Assembly: GCF_963676685.1 (NCBI RefSeq)
Contig: NC_092353.1
Location: 8,494,001-8,558,000, forward strand
Reading direction: 5' to 3'
Origin: Mytilus edulis
Taxonomy: Eukaryota
Length of the DNA stretch: 64,000 bases
Each line of letters begins with the position of its first letter. Within the stretch, counting starts at the first letter, position 1. Below, piece by piece: positions 52,501-63,954 of the stretch. The notes under the pieces are model-generated. The model saw only the letters and a program-made list of their open reading frames with translations. It was not told the origin of the DNA and did no database searches. A program made the translations under genes and the position numbers.

Positions 52501-55500
52501 TACGAGTCATATTTTTAAGAGAGTAAGTGTAATTTAAAGTTGTGAATATACATGTATCAATGCACTCATCTTCTAAATTTACTTTTCAATCAAAATGCAT
52601 TCTTGTATTTTTAAATATTCTCATAGTTTATTTAGTATACATTAAGTTGAAAAAAAAACATTTCGTTTTAATTATATATACCTTGTAGAGATGGTTGATT
52701 TGCAAGAACTAATTTTGAAATCGAATTTGAATCTGGCGGGAATGAAAGTTTCTTCTTTAATGTTGAAACCTCTATAACTAAAAAATAAAATTCCATTCAT
52801 TTTGTTGATGAGTAACATTTAATTGATTTCATCATATAGAATAAAAAAACCTTTTTTTTTTAGTTTTTAATATTTTAATAACCACACTATAAGCATTTAG
52901 ATAACGAACACTGTACTACTTTTATACTGTATACATTTTTGTAAGTACCCAAATAGACAGTTTATCGTCATAAGTATATACATTTATACTTTTCTCGATA
53001 CCTTTAATTCAGCGTTCTAGTTTGAAAACATAAAATAAGACTCAATATAATGACATTTAAGTTATCGGCGTCGGAATATGTATATAGAATAAACATACAT
53101 TGTCTCGAAATATCAATGTTATTTGTACAAGGCTTAGAAACAGGTAGAACGCGAGACTGTGCCGAGCATTTCTACCTGTTTCGAGCCGAGTACAAATAAC
53201 AGATTGATATTTCGAGACAATGTATGGTTATTCTTTATATACTGCAACTCTTTTAACTGTTCAAAATGAAGTATTTAGGGTAAAACCCGTCATTCTTTAA
53301 TTATGAGCGGACAACGTAAAACCTGTATGTTTTATTGACGTCATAAATAAAACTCTACGGAAACACATTGTCAACGTCATAAACAAGGTGATATACGGTC
53401 AGTGACTGTATATCACACATGAATATACAGTCAATGTAATTTGACTGCTCAAATAGCACAGCTGCAGTACATATCTTCCTGCATACGGGGTATATATCTC
53501 CCAATTGATACGATATTCCCGTGCTTGCATTTCCTATCATGATTTTCTTGATAGAGGTTTGCTGCTCACAAGGAAGCTATTAAACCAAGAGTTCCAAATG
53601 GTGAAGTTGAAATCATCCCTTCGTAAATTTTACGGACGCCATCACGAGTTGGTTGACCGTTATGGAATAACCGTTTCACAAATGATATCGGATATGTTCC
53701 TTACGTCGTAACTACAATCCCCTTCCCTTTCATGAATATGACCTACCGAATTAGACTATTTACCGGATTTGTAATCACTTAAGCAACACGACGGGTGCCA
53801 CATGTGGAGCAGGATCTGCTTACCCTTCCGGAGCACCTGAGATCACCCCTAGTTTTTGGTGGGGTTCGTGTTGTTTATTCTTTAGTTTTCTATGTTGTGT
53901 CGTGTGTACTATTGTTTTTCTGTTTGTCTTTTTTATTTTTAGCCATGGCGTTGTCAGTTTGTTTTAGATTTATGAGTTTGACTGTCCCTTTGGTATCTTT
54001 CGTCCTTCTTTTCCTATTATTCGGTTTTGACTGATGTAGATAAATCTAGCAAAACTTTAGACGAATATAATTATTACGTGTCATTTTCATATTTTGATGA
54101 TCCAATTTAATCTTGCAAAGTAAGAGTTTTCGTAAATTAAAATACTACTGATATGTGTATGCGCATACAGGATCATTTTCTTTTTATCAGTTTATGGTTT
54201 GTTTCACATGCATTACCTATATAGTAATATGTATCATTGCTTGTATTCATGTAGTTCAGACAGTATACTAGACAGTGTGCTTACCTAAGTTTGTTTTGTT
54301 AATGATTACGGTTTCATTAGGTAGTAAATTCTTTTGAACGAGACTACCAAGACTATCTACTATTCCCATAATTTTTGATGCACCTTCGTCGGATTGGTCC
54401 TGTAATGATTTATATGATATCATTTTTAATGAAATATGTAAAAAATATAAACTATTTCAAATCATTTATGATAAAAAAGGAAAATGTTTGATTTCGTCAT
54501 TGTCATCTTCAAAAACAAGAATCAAATTTCAATATTCAACGTAACTATATGGAACGTTCACAATTGAGAAGCAATCTATTTTGTCATAAAATCCTGTTTT
54601 TAAACGACCATCATTATCTATATCCAGATGTAAGTCAAGATACTTCACTGTGTCTGTTGTATCCTTTATTTCATGTTCGATGACATAGATGCGTTCAATT
54701 AGTTAACAAATTTGTATTCATTAAGTGAGAGAACGCCATCTATATAGAAGAAAATAAAGTTAAAGGATACAACTAACTTCTTTTCCTTCTTCCTGATATA
54801 TTTGTGAATGAAGTCAGTTTCATATAAATAAAGAAACAACTCGCAAGCGGAAAGGCACAGCTGGTTTCCATGGGGATGCTAATTGATTATTGAAAAAACG
54901 TCCTATTAACGTAGGAAATGTAGTGTCAGTCATCAAGTGCCACATGTGAAGCAGGATATGTGTCCCCTACCAGAGAACCTGAGATCACCCCCGTGGTTTG
55001 TGTTAATCTATAGTTTTCTATTTTATGTTTTGTACAGTACTACTATTTGTCTGTTTATCTTGTTTCTTTATTAACCATGACGTTGACAGTTTTGTTTTCG
55101 ATTTATGGTTTGTATGTCCTTCTGGTATCTTTCTCTTTGATAATGTATCAAAGAGTTCTTTATTTGAAACAGAGATATTCAGAACAAAGTAGAATGTATC
55201 CGTCCTGAAGACCAGACGCTTATATATACGTTTGTCATTTGTTCTAATGAGGCTAATGCTTGCAATAGAAAAGCTTCGTTTAGATGTAGTAAAAACCATA
55301 CAAGAAATTGCTCATCTGATACAAACTTTACCTCCGAATTAACTTCATTCCAGCTACCGCTATTATCTGTATCCAAAACAGAATTTAGAACATCTCCGAA
55401 TTTCTGAAATGAAATTTGATAAATATCAAATTAATCTATAATATTTTGTTGTTAGATATGGACGATTTATACCACTGTTTGTTTATGTCATATTTATTTC

Positions 55501-58500
55501 CTTAATGAGCTTTTTAATTCCACAATATTAGGTTGCAAGATTATTGTACCTTTTATCGACCATTAGTACACGTAATGCATCTTGTACTGTTTTGGCTTAA
55601 GTATATCATATTTTTGTATTGGTTATGTTTTTACTATTCAATAATTGGTGTGAAATCCTTTAAACTTTAAATGAAAACTTGATGATAATAAAAATCCAAT
55701 ACATGTATGTCATCATCATGATGAGACATCTTTCCCCATTAAACATGCTTTGTCCGTTTTAGTCATGAGACTGATATTGAAATACAAACAAATTGCGGGT
55801 TTTCAGTCAGTACTAAATGTACATAGATAATCCTGTTCAGATGACATTTACATTCATGATACGTTTGGCTGATGAAAAAGATGGAAAATTTACCTCGGAA
55901 TCCACAGACGCATTTGCCGCTGTCCCTATGTCAATAATATCAGTCAGAATAGTAGTGGTATGTTTCAAATCTCCAGATGTGGGAGGATTTTCTTTCCCTA
56001 TAGTAGTATCTATAATATCCAGTACGCCAGTTATACCTTCTGCTACCTTCATAGGATCAGTGATGTTTCTAAGAGTATTCACCTTCAATATAAATACTAT
56101 ATACAATAATTTTGTTAAACATAATGGTATAAAAGTGTCAATGAGTCAGTTGGTGAGGATTTCGATATGACTTTAACTTATTGTTATATTAGAATTGAAG
56201 TGAAAAGGGAGTTGATTTATATTTGTAATACCTCAAGTATCTGTTATAAAAAAAGAATACATGCATAAGATACAAAAAATAATTGACAACTTAGCAATAG
56301 GTATAATGGCGAAATCAGTCAACAATTACCGCTTCTGATGTTTCATGAAGTACCATATTAACACATTCTATATACACCGGATCTACCCAATCACCGTTGT
56401 CGTTGCATTTTCGAAAGGCATTACCTACAAGTAAGCACAAAGATCAGTAATAATCATAGGTCAGACTTTACAAATTATTAACAAGTTTCTGAATTAATGA
56501 ATTACTTAAAATTAATAATCATGAAGAAAAATTATGATTATGAATTACAAGTTCATAAACAAGAAATCTGTTTGTTTGTAAGGCTAAGATTATTTCTACT
56601 AATTAAAAGAAAAAACAATCCATGTTTTTGTATATGCGTATGTCTGGTAGAAACAGTACTGGTATATAAATGTAGCTGAATGCCAATATCATCATTCTTT
56701 ATATGTTTGCATTACTAACCCTTCTGTTCTTTTTCTTTAACCGATCAGCGGGCAGAAATGGGAAATCATTGAATTATGATGAAGAAAATATTTCATTACA
56801 AATATATTACTCGAATTTGGTATTTGAAAAAGCATTCCCCTCCCAAATCAACAATGACAGTTCAAATATATATGATTCATAGTGCAACCTAATGTGTGGA
56901 CTGACTGTCATCTTTTTCATTTTAATAGGATCAGAATATTCGTATGTAACGTGAAATACCTGTATACCCAGGCGGACTTTTTTGTGTGTCTTTTTGCATT
57001 TTAATAGGAACAGAATATTCATATGTTACATGAAATACCTGTATACCCAGGCGGACATTTTTGTGTTTCCTTTTGTCCTGCTGCTATATGTGACCAAGTT
57101 ATATTGTTTAATATTTCTTCTGGACAATAAGCTGCAAAAGATTCATGTTAGAACTATAACTATTTTTTATTAATGTGGATTGGAATTGAAAGAGCTGTCA
57201 GTTACTGTGAGTACTTTGAGATAAATATAGTTTGCGTTATTTCTGTTGGTAGGAATGTAACCATACCCGGTTACATCTGGTAAGTGCTTTTGCTAGATAT
57301 TTTTTTTCCTGCATTGTATTGATGAGTTATACGGATTTTAACTGACTTTCATAGTTTGTTCTAATGTAAGTGTTATGTTATCACACTGTAACATCACTGT
57401 CCAAGGTTCGGGAGACCGTTTGGTGCCTCAATACATGTCTTACGTTACCATATTCCGTTTCAGACTGTCTGAAGGCATACGTTTGAAGTGCAGTGGCTGT
57501 GGCTGCTTCATACATGCATGTCTAGCGTGTTGTGTTTTTTGTAAATTGTGTTGTCATAAATAAGCTGTTTGTTATCCATTATTGATTTAACTCATATTTA
57601 TTATGTCAAAAACTTTTATAGCCGACTAAAAGGATGTTTTTTCGCATTGTTTAGGTCGTACGATTGCCTTTAATTGCTATCAACAACTTCATCCGAACTT
57701 TGGTGGATTCTAGTTTCATTGAAAATGATACCACATCTCTAGAATGTTTTAATGTTTCTGTATATTACATTGATATTACTGATGTATGTTTATTGTATGA
57801 ATGATCATAGGTGTTCTGAAGGGTATTACTATCTAGGTTTAGTTGTTACCTGTTTCGTAATGATCATGGCATGTAAACATTTATGAAATGGTAACTTTAT
57901 GTGATGTTTCATTTAATGAAAAGATCATGGTATAATCGATAACTAAATTAGAAACATATTTTCGGCATCTATTTATCATACAAATGAAATTAGACTATTT
58001 TTTACCGATTTTGGCAATAAACTGTGATTCACATCATCAACATACTTTCACCAGAATAAATCTGCTATTAAAAGGGTGTCCATATGATAACCTACAACCT
58101 GTCGGTAAACTGAATTGCCGAAACGTACATAAAGGTAGCCAAGGAGAAAATGTTCAGCTTTAGTTATCTCGTCAAACCTCCAGTATTGTTAGCATAATTA
58201 CCATACTCCTTAGAGAAATCGGCTGTATATAAGTTATTTCTCTAAAACATCCATCGAATGTTTAAGATTTTAAATCAAGTAAAAGTAAAATCCACTATTT
58301 GCATATGATTTATTTCAAAAACGAATGATAAGTTCCTGAAATTAGCTAAAGAACATTATTAGTTAAACCCTAACTTGAAAAGTTATGTACTATATATGAA
58401 ACGACATACCACGGTTTTTATAGTTTATCTGACCAATACATAGAAGCCATATACTTTTATTATCTGATCTGTGGTAGTGAAATAATTATATTGAAATTTT

Positions 58501-61500
58501 GTAATTTCCATACATTTTGTATTCAAATATACGGATAGTCATGCATAGAAAATATAAATGTTCAACTGCAATTTCTTGTTCTAGAGTAGAATAGATATAA
58601 CTATTATAATTGCATTACTCATATTTACAAATAAATTCAGTTACCAAGCATGTAAAGTTCCTGTAGATTTGTGCAGTGATGACTAGTATCATTTTTATGC
58701 CCCACCTACGATAGTAGAGGGACATTATGTTTTCTGGTCTGTGCGTCCGTTCGTCCGTCCGTTCGTCCGTCCGTCTGTTCGTCCGTCTGTTCGTTCGTCC
58801 GTCTGTCCCGCTTCAGGTTAAAGTTTTTGGTCAAGGTAGTTTTTGAAGTCCAATCAACTTGAAACTTAGTACACATGTTCCTTATGATATGATCTTTCTA
58901 ATTTTAAAGCCAAATTAAACTTTCGACCCCAATTTCACGGTCCACTGAACATAGAAAATGAAAGTGCATGTTTCAGGTTAAAGTTTTTGGTAGTTTTTGA
59001 TGAAGTTGAAGTCCAATCAACTTAAAACTTAGTACACATGTTCCCTATGATATTATCTTTCTAATTTTAATGCCTAATAAAAATTTTTCATCCAATTTCA
59101 CGGTCCGTTGAACATGGAAAATGATAGTGCGAGTGGGGCATCCGTGTACTTTTGACACATTCTTGTTCAATGTAGATTTTCGAAAAACAGAAGTTTGCGT
59201 TATAATAAAATAAAATTTATACATTTTGATATTTTGAAAACCTTTTCCTATTGATTTTTTCTACATCAATTTTCAAACGGCTTTTCCCGAGGCAACAGTA
59301 ATAAACTATATCAAAATCTCATATACTCATTCGAAAATAAGGTAAATAACCATAACCATAACCGAGGAAATAACATTAACTCTTAAAGTAGTATTACCTA
59401 ATGTGTCGACAGGTAAAGAGTCGTCTGCTATGCATGTATATATGAAATTTCATTGATTCTGTTATGTATGTAATTTTGTTTCATACCTTTTTCAAAACTG
59501 TCAGAAATTATTGAGTGTCTTACCTGTTACAACTTTTGTAGATGTTGTAATCTTCAGAGGGGATGACGTTGTAAGTTGTACGGACGTTTTAGTTTCTATA
59601 TTGTGTGTTGTCGTAACATCCTTTGAAGTAGTTAAAGGTGATGTCGTTGTCTCCTTAGTTGATACCGTTGTCGTTACATCGGGAGAAGTAGTTAAAGTTG
59701 ATGTCGTTGCCTCCTTAGTTGATACCGTTGTCGTTACATCGGGAGAAGTAGTTAAAGTTGATGTCGTTGCCTCCTTAGTTGATACCGTTGTCGTTACATC
59801 GGGAGAAGTAGTTAAAGCTGATGTCGTTGTCTCTTGAGTTGATACCGGTGTCGTAACATCGGGAGAAGTAGTTAAAGTTGATGTCGTTGTCTCCTGAGTT
59901 GATACCGTTGTCGTTACATCGGGAGAAGTAGTTAAAGTTGATGTCGTTGCCTCCTTAGTTGATACCGTTGTCGTTACATCGGGAGAAGTAGTAAAAGCTG
60001 AAGGCGTTGTCTCCTGAGTTGATACCGTTGTAGAAACATCGGGAGAAGTAGTTAAAGCTGATGTCGTTGTCTCCTTAGTTGATACCGGTGTTGTAACATC
60101 GGGAGAAGTAGTTAAAGCTAATGTCGTTGTCTCTTGAGTTGATACCGGTGTCGTAACATCGGGAGAAGTAGTTAAAGTTGATGTCGTTGTCTCCTGAGTT
60201 GATACCGTTGTCGTAACATCAGGAGGAGTAGTTAAAGCTGATGTCGTTGTCTCTTGAGTTGATACCGGTGTCGTAACATCGATAGAAGTAGTTAAAGTTG
60301 ATGTCGTTGCCTCCTTAGTTGATGCCGTTGTCGTTACATCGGGAGAAGTAGTAAAAGCTGAAGGCGTTGTCTCCTGAGTTGATACCGTTGTAGAAACATC
60401 GGGGGAAGAAGTTAAAGCTGATGTCGTTGTCTCCTTAGTTGATACCGGTGTCGTAACATCGGGAGAAGTAGTTAAAGCTGATGTCGTTGTCTCCTGAGTT
60501 GATACCGTTGTCGTAACATCGGGAGAAGTAGTTAAAGCTGATGTCGTTGTCCCCTGAGTTGATATCGTTATTGTCGCATCGGGAGAAGTAGTTAAAGCTG
60601 ATGTCGTTGCCTCCTGAGTTGATACCGTTGTCGTAACATCGGGAGAAGTAGTTAAAGCTGATGTCGTTGTCTCCTGAGTTGAAACCGTTGTCGTAACATC
60701 GGGAGAAGTAGTGAAAGCTGATGTCGTTGTCTCTTGAGTTGATACCGGTGTCGTAACATCGGGAGAAGTAGTAAAAGTTGATGTCGTTGTCTCCTGAGTT
60801 GATACCGTTGTCGTAACATCGGGAGAAGTAGTTAAAGCTGATGTCGTTGTCTCCTGAGTTGATACCGTTGTTGTAACATCGGGAGAAGTAGTGAAAGCTG
60901 ATGTCGTTGTCTCCTGAGTTGATACCGTTGTCGTAACATCGGGAGAAGTAGTTAAAGGTGATGTCGTTGTCTCCTGAGTTGAAACCGTTGTCGTAACATC
61001 GGGAGAAGTAGTGAAGGCTGATGTCGTTGTCTCTTGAGTTGATACCGTTGTCGTAACATCGGGAGAAGTAGTTAAAGCTGATGTCGTTGTCTCCTGAGTT
61101 GATACCGTTGTTGTCGCATCGGGAGAAGTAGTTAAAGTTGATGTCGTTGTCTCCTTAGTTGATACCATTGTTGTCGCATCGGGAGAAGTAGTTAAAGCTG
61201 ATGTCGTTGTCTCCTGAGTTGATACCGTTGTTGTCGCATCGGGAGAAGTAGTTAAAGCTGATGTCGTTGTCTCCTTAGTTGATACCGTTGTTGTAACATC
61301 GGGAGAAGTAGTGAAAGCTGATGTCGTTGTCTCCTGAGTTGATACCGTTGTCGCATCGGGAGAAGTAGTTAAAGCTGATGTCGTTGCCTCCTTAGTTGAT
61401 ACCGTTGTCGTAACATCGGGAGAAGTAGTTAAAGCTGATGTCGCTGTCTCTTGAGTTGATACCGGTGTCGTAACATCGGGAGAAGTAGTTAAAGGTAGTG

Positions 61501-63954
61501 TCGTTGCCTTTTTAGTTGATACCGTTGTCGTAAGATCGGGAGAAGAAGTGAAAGCCGATGTGGTTGTCTCCTTAGTTGATACCGTTGTCGTAACATCGGG
61601 AGAAGTAGTGAAAGCTGCTGGCGTTGTGTCCTGAATTGATACTGTTGTCGAAACATCGGGAGAAGTAGTTAAAGCTGATGTCGTTGTCTCCTGAGTCGAT
61701 ACCGTTGTCGTAACATCGGGAGAAGTAGTTAAAGCTGATGTTGTTGTGTCCTGAATTGATACTGTTGTCGAAACATCGGGAGAAATAGTTAATGCTGATG
61801 TCGTTGTCTCCTGAGCAAATATTGTTTTCGCCAAAGTTGATGCTGTTGCTGTTTCAACCAGCGAAGATATACTATCTAAAATTGATGTCTCCAAAGTTGA
61901 TGCCGTTGTTGTTCCAACTGGAGAAACGGGAAAAGTAGTTATAGCTAATGTTGTTGCCTGCTGAGTTGACGCTGTCGCTATTTCCACCGAAGAATATATT
62001 ATTTCTAATATTGTTGTCTCCAAAGATGATGCCATCATACTTAAAGCTAATGGTGTTGTCGCCTGAGTTGATGCTGTTGCTGTTTTAACCGGAGAAGATA
62101 TTATATCTAATATTGTTGTCTCCAAAGATGATGCCATTGTTGTTTCAACGGGAAAAGTACTTATAGCTAATGTTGTTGCCCGCTGAGTTGACGCTGTTGC
62201 TATTTCCACCGAAGAATATATTATTTCTAATATTGTTGTCTCCAAAGATGATGCCATCATACTTAAAGCTAATGGTGTTGTCGCCTGAGTTGATGCTGTT
62301 GCTGTTTCAACCGGAGAAGATATTTTATCTAATATTGTTGTCTCCAAAGATGATGCCGTTGTTGTTTCAACGGGAGAAACATGAAAAGTAGTTATAACTA
62401 ATGTTGCTGCCTGCTGAGTTGACGCTGCTGTTGTCTCTATCGAAGAAGTACTTATAGCTGATTGGATGGACTCCTGATGTATTGATGATGTTTCATCGGG
62501 AACATTTGTTAAAGCTAATGGTGTTGTCGCCAAAGTTGATGCTGTTGCTGTTTCAATTGAAGAAGATATTATATCTAATATTGATGTCTCCAGAATTGAT
62601 GCCGTTGTTGTTTCAACGGGAGAAACGGGAAAGCTAGTAACAGACCATGTTGTTGCCTGCTGAGTTGGCGCTGTTGCGGTTTCCACCGAAGAAACACTTA
62701 TAGCTGATTGTATGGACTCCTGATGTATTGATGATGTTTCATCGGGAACATTAGTTAAAACTAATGGTGTTGTCGCTTGAGTTGATGCTGATTCTGTTTT
62801 AGCCGGAGAAGATATTATATCTAATATTGTTGTCTCCAAAGTTGATTCCGTTGTTGATTCAACGGGAGAAGTTGTTATAGCTAATGTTGTTGCCTCCTGA
62901 GTTGATTCTACTGTTTTTGCAACCGGAGTTGTATGAGATGCAGTTGTCGACTGAGTTGATGCCGTTGCTATATTATCGGGAAAAGTAGTTGTAGGTAATG
63001 TGATTGTCGTCAAATTATTGACAGTAGTTTCAGTTGTGGTCGTTGCAGTAGACCCAGGAAGAACTAGACATAATATACACAAAAGAATAGTTATGTCAAA
63101 TATATATTTGAATTTATTGCTGAATTATTGAAATTTGGATACCATTTCTGAAGATTTTTGACTTATATGGATTGTATGCGTGTGTTTAGACCACCCCTTT
63201 CACCAGTTAGTTATCCCATTGAAATTGGCTGCAAAAGACGTACTACTTCCGTATTGAATTAATGTGTAATTTAGGTAACTGGTATAATATATTACACGAC
63301 TACTTCATTATTCAAGTTTGAATAACAGTAAAATAACAAAAATACCGAACCCGAGGAATATTTTATACGGAAAGTCCTTATTCAAATAGCAACATCAAAA
63401 GCTCAAACACTTCAAACAAATAGATGATAACTTTTATATTCCTGTCATTTTTCTAATCTTAAGATGATTGATGAAAACTGGTTTAAAGCAAGCTAAACTT
63501 CACATTTATATGACAGTAGCATACAAATCTTTTACCATATGTATGTTTATACCTTTAACTGCTGTATATGTAACTATGTGACCCCAAGTTGCTAATGTCC
63601 ATGTCATTTATTTGGTCTCTTGTCGGGAGTTGTCTCATTGGCATTCATACCACATCTTCTCTTTTATAAACAAGCCAGGAAGACACAAAACACAAGATAA
63701 AAGGATACCAAGACTTAGCTAATACAGCATCACAACAAGGTTATAATTCATGTAAGCCGGTATAGTAAGAAGGTTCTGGTGAACTTGCGGCATCAATTTA
63801 CATTTGACTTTTCCACTTGTATCTTCACTTATTACAATTACAGAATCCTGCCGTATAAGTAATTATAATATATACCTGTAACTGTAATTATATTCACAAT
63901 CATAAATGTACAAGGCAATGTAAACACTCTCCACATTTTCTGCGGCAAGAGCAT
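31519..63954 (-). CDS. Adhesion G-protein-coupled receptor (mucin stalk + HRM + GAIN/GPS + 7TM), ~24 coding exons, ~1,850 aa
   Basis: Phase-consistent GT-AG exons (minus): 63876-63954 (MLLPQKMWRVFTLPCTFMIVNIITVT, signal-peptide-like); 59524-63063 (mucin); 59398-59424 (microexon, tentative); 57039-57131 and 56330-56424 (HRM: YCPEEILNNITWSHIAAGQKETQKCPPGYTGNAFRKCNDNGDWVDPVYIEC); 55894-56082, 55332-55403, 54285-54399, 52682-52777, 50779-50842, 48915-49008 (GAIN); 48148-48194 and 46941-47061 (GPS: SCGYWNF..WANSGC..CTCNHLTNFAILMSP); 45861-45964 (TM1); 44982-45084 (TM2); 44280-44430 (TM3); 43281-43350 (TM4); 42243-42309 (CWL, TM5); 41222-41307; 39996-40122 (TM6-7); 39427-39468; 38524-38598; 37552-37585; 31519-31595 (ends KTRTFI*). 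The microexon and the last two exons are less certain. Confidence 0.92.
32466..36718. mobile_element. Non-autonomous CACTA (EnSpm/CMC)-type DNA transposon with ~230-bp inverted termini
   Basis: Left end CACTAGTAGCACGA, right end TCGTGCTACTAGT(T); 3-bp TSD AGC (32463-65 and 36719-21); 32466-32695 is the reverse complement of ~36490-36718; splits a Penelope-type 3' sequence. Confidence 0.85.
37764..38180 (-). mobile_element. Penelope-like 3' fragment, decayed
   Basis: Reverse-complement similarity to 53700-54005 (ggcacccgtcgtgttgc, gacaacgccatggctaaaaat). Confidence 0.6.
39427..45964 (-). CDS. aGPCR 7TM region (8 exons)
   Basis: ALEIITFIGCGLSILGCTLTLI (TM1), ACIIVTAVLHYVFLVVFFLMLCEG (TM3), AWGVPLVIV (TM4), YCWLS..FVGPALLII (ECL2/TM5), VLIPVLGLSWLFG (TM6), FQYLFGISTSLQGFIIF (TM7): 7tm_2 (secretin/adhesion) signature. 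Confidence 0.93.
43820..44140 (-). repeat. Dispersed SINE-like repeat family A copy
   Basis: Reverse complement of 19727-20070. Confidence 0.75.
46409..46576. mobile_element. MITE with 24-bp TIR and 4-bp TSD
   Basis: tgat|ACCAGGGTTGCGTTCAATATCGTA ... TACGATGTTGAACGCAACCCTGGT|tgat; internal tagcta/gtagc motifs. Confidence 0.8.
46941..47061 (-). CDS. aGPCR GPS exon with autoproteolysis site and tethered agonist
   Basis: WANSGCYLKKTEYTVSTCTCNHL|TNFAILMSP in ORF 46878..47093; tatttcag| acceptor and |gtaagt donor. Confidence 0.95.
50258..50720 (+). mobile_element. Helentron/HINE-like non-autonomous element
   Basis: ATGGGGACGAAGTC ... GACTTCGTCCCCAT sub-terminal IR, 5' hairpin ggggacgaagtcccc, internal A-tract, 3' short hairpin. 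Confidence 0.6.
51067..52354 (-). mobile_element. Tc1/mariner transposon remnant
   Basis: Perfect 26-bp TIRs CACATGGAAAAAAGTATTGCAACACC with TA TSD; degenerate transposase motif RSPDLNHIEHIWD in ORF 51511..51693. Confidence 0.92.
53478..54005 (+). mobile_element. Penelope-like retroelement 3' fragment (RT thumb + 3' UTR), little diverged
   Basis: PAYGVYISQLIRYSRACISYHDFLDRGLLLTRKLLNQEF...KFYGRHHELVDRY read in frame to the stop at 53711. Confidence 0.75.
54550..55140. mobile_element. Penelope-like fragments: RT piece (minus) joined to a 3' UTR piece (plus)
   Basis: 54550-54930 resembles 8800-9110 (minus-strand GIPMG and YIDD-like regions); 54937-55140 resembles 53795-54000 on plus. Confidence 0.6.
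55894..56082 (-). CDS. aGPCR GAIN-domain exon
   Basis: Part of ORF 55837..56106 (VNTLRNITDP...TSGDLKHTTTILTDII...VDSE); donor GAG|gtaaat; phase 0-0. Confidence 0.85.
56330..57131 (-). CDS. aGPCR hormone-receptor (HRM) domain, exons 57039-57131 and 56330-56424
   Basis: C-P...W...G...C-P-P-G...G.A.R.C...G.W.....C pattern of the family-B HRM domain; canonical splice sites. Confidence 0.88.
58692..59167 (+). mobile_element. Helentron-associated non-autonomous element (HINE/DINE-1-like)
   Basis: T-run, then ATGCCCC...GGGGCAT sub-terminal IR, (GTCC/GTTC)n microsatellite 58744-58808, two ~160-bp internal tandem units, 3' stem-loop ending cttgtt. Confidence 0.8.
59524..63063 (-). CDS. aGPCR mucin-like Thr/Ser-rich stalk exon (3,540 bp)
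   Basis: Lies inside ORF 59501..63082; acceptor tgtctag|TT, donor ACAG|gtaaga; phase 1-1; no stops over 1,180 codons. Confidence 0.9.
59600..61815. repeat. Coding 60-bp tandem repeat (VNTR), ~37 units of TTSPDVTTTVSTQETTTSAL
   Basis: 60-bp lines align in register from 59641 to 61320; one 3-bp-shorter unit near 61350; more divergent related repeats continue to ~62950. Confidence 0.97.
63876..63954 (-). CDS. aGPCR first coding exon (signal peptide)
   Basis: ttcttgcag|ATG CTC TTG ... ACA G|gtatat; hydrophobic 26-aa leader; phase-1 end matches the next exon. A 5'UTR exon must lie beyond the window. Confidence 0.75.

Noticed and set aside
57850-57942. 93-bp AG/GT-bounded, phase 1-1 segment resembling an HRM exon
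   Set aside because: It has an in-frame TAA and no W/C pattern; the real HRM exon is 57039-57131.
59600-61815. Regular repeat array as a possible CRISPR
   Set aside because: No unique spacers; it is a coding 60-bp tandem repeat in eukaryotic DNA.
59511-62391. Plus-strand ORFs 59511..59837 and 62170..62391
   Set aside because: Antisense shadows of the mucin VNTR.
63553-63607. Possible phase-1 leader exon MTWTLATWGHIVTYTAVK
   Set aside because: Overlaps a family-B repeat end; 63876-63954 is a better signal-peptide exon.
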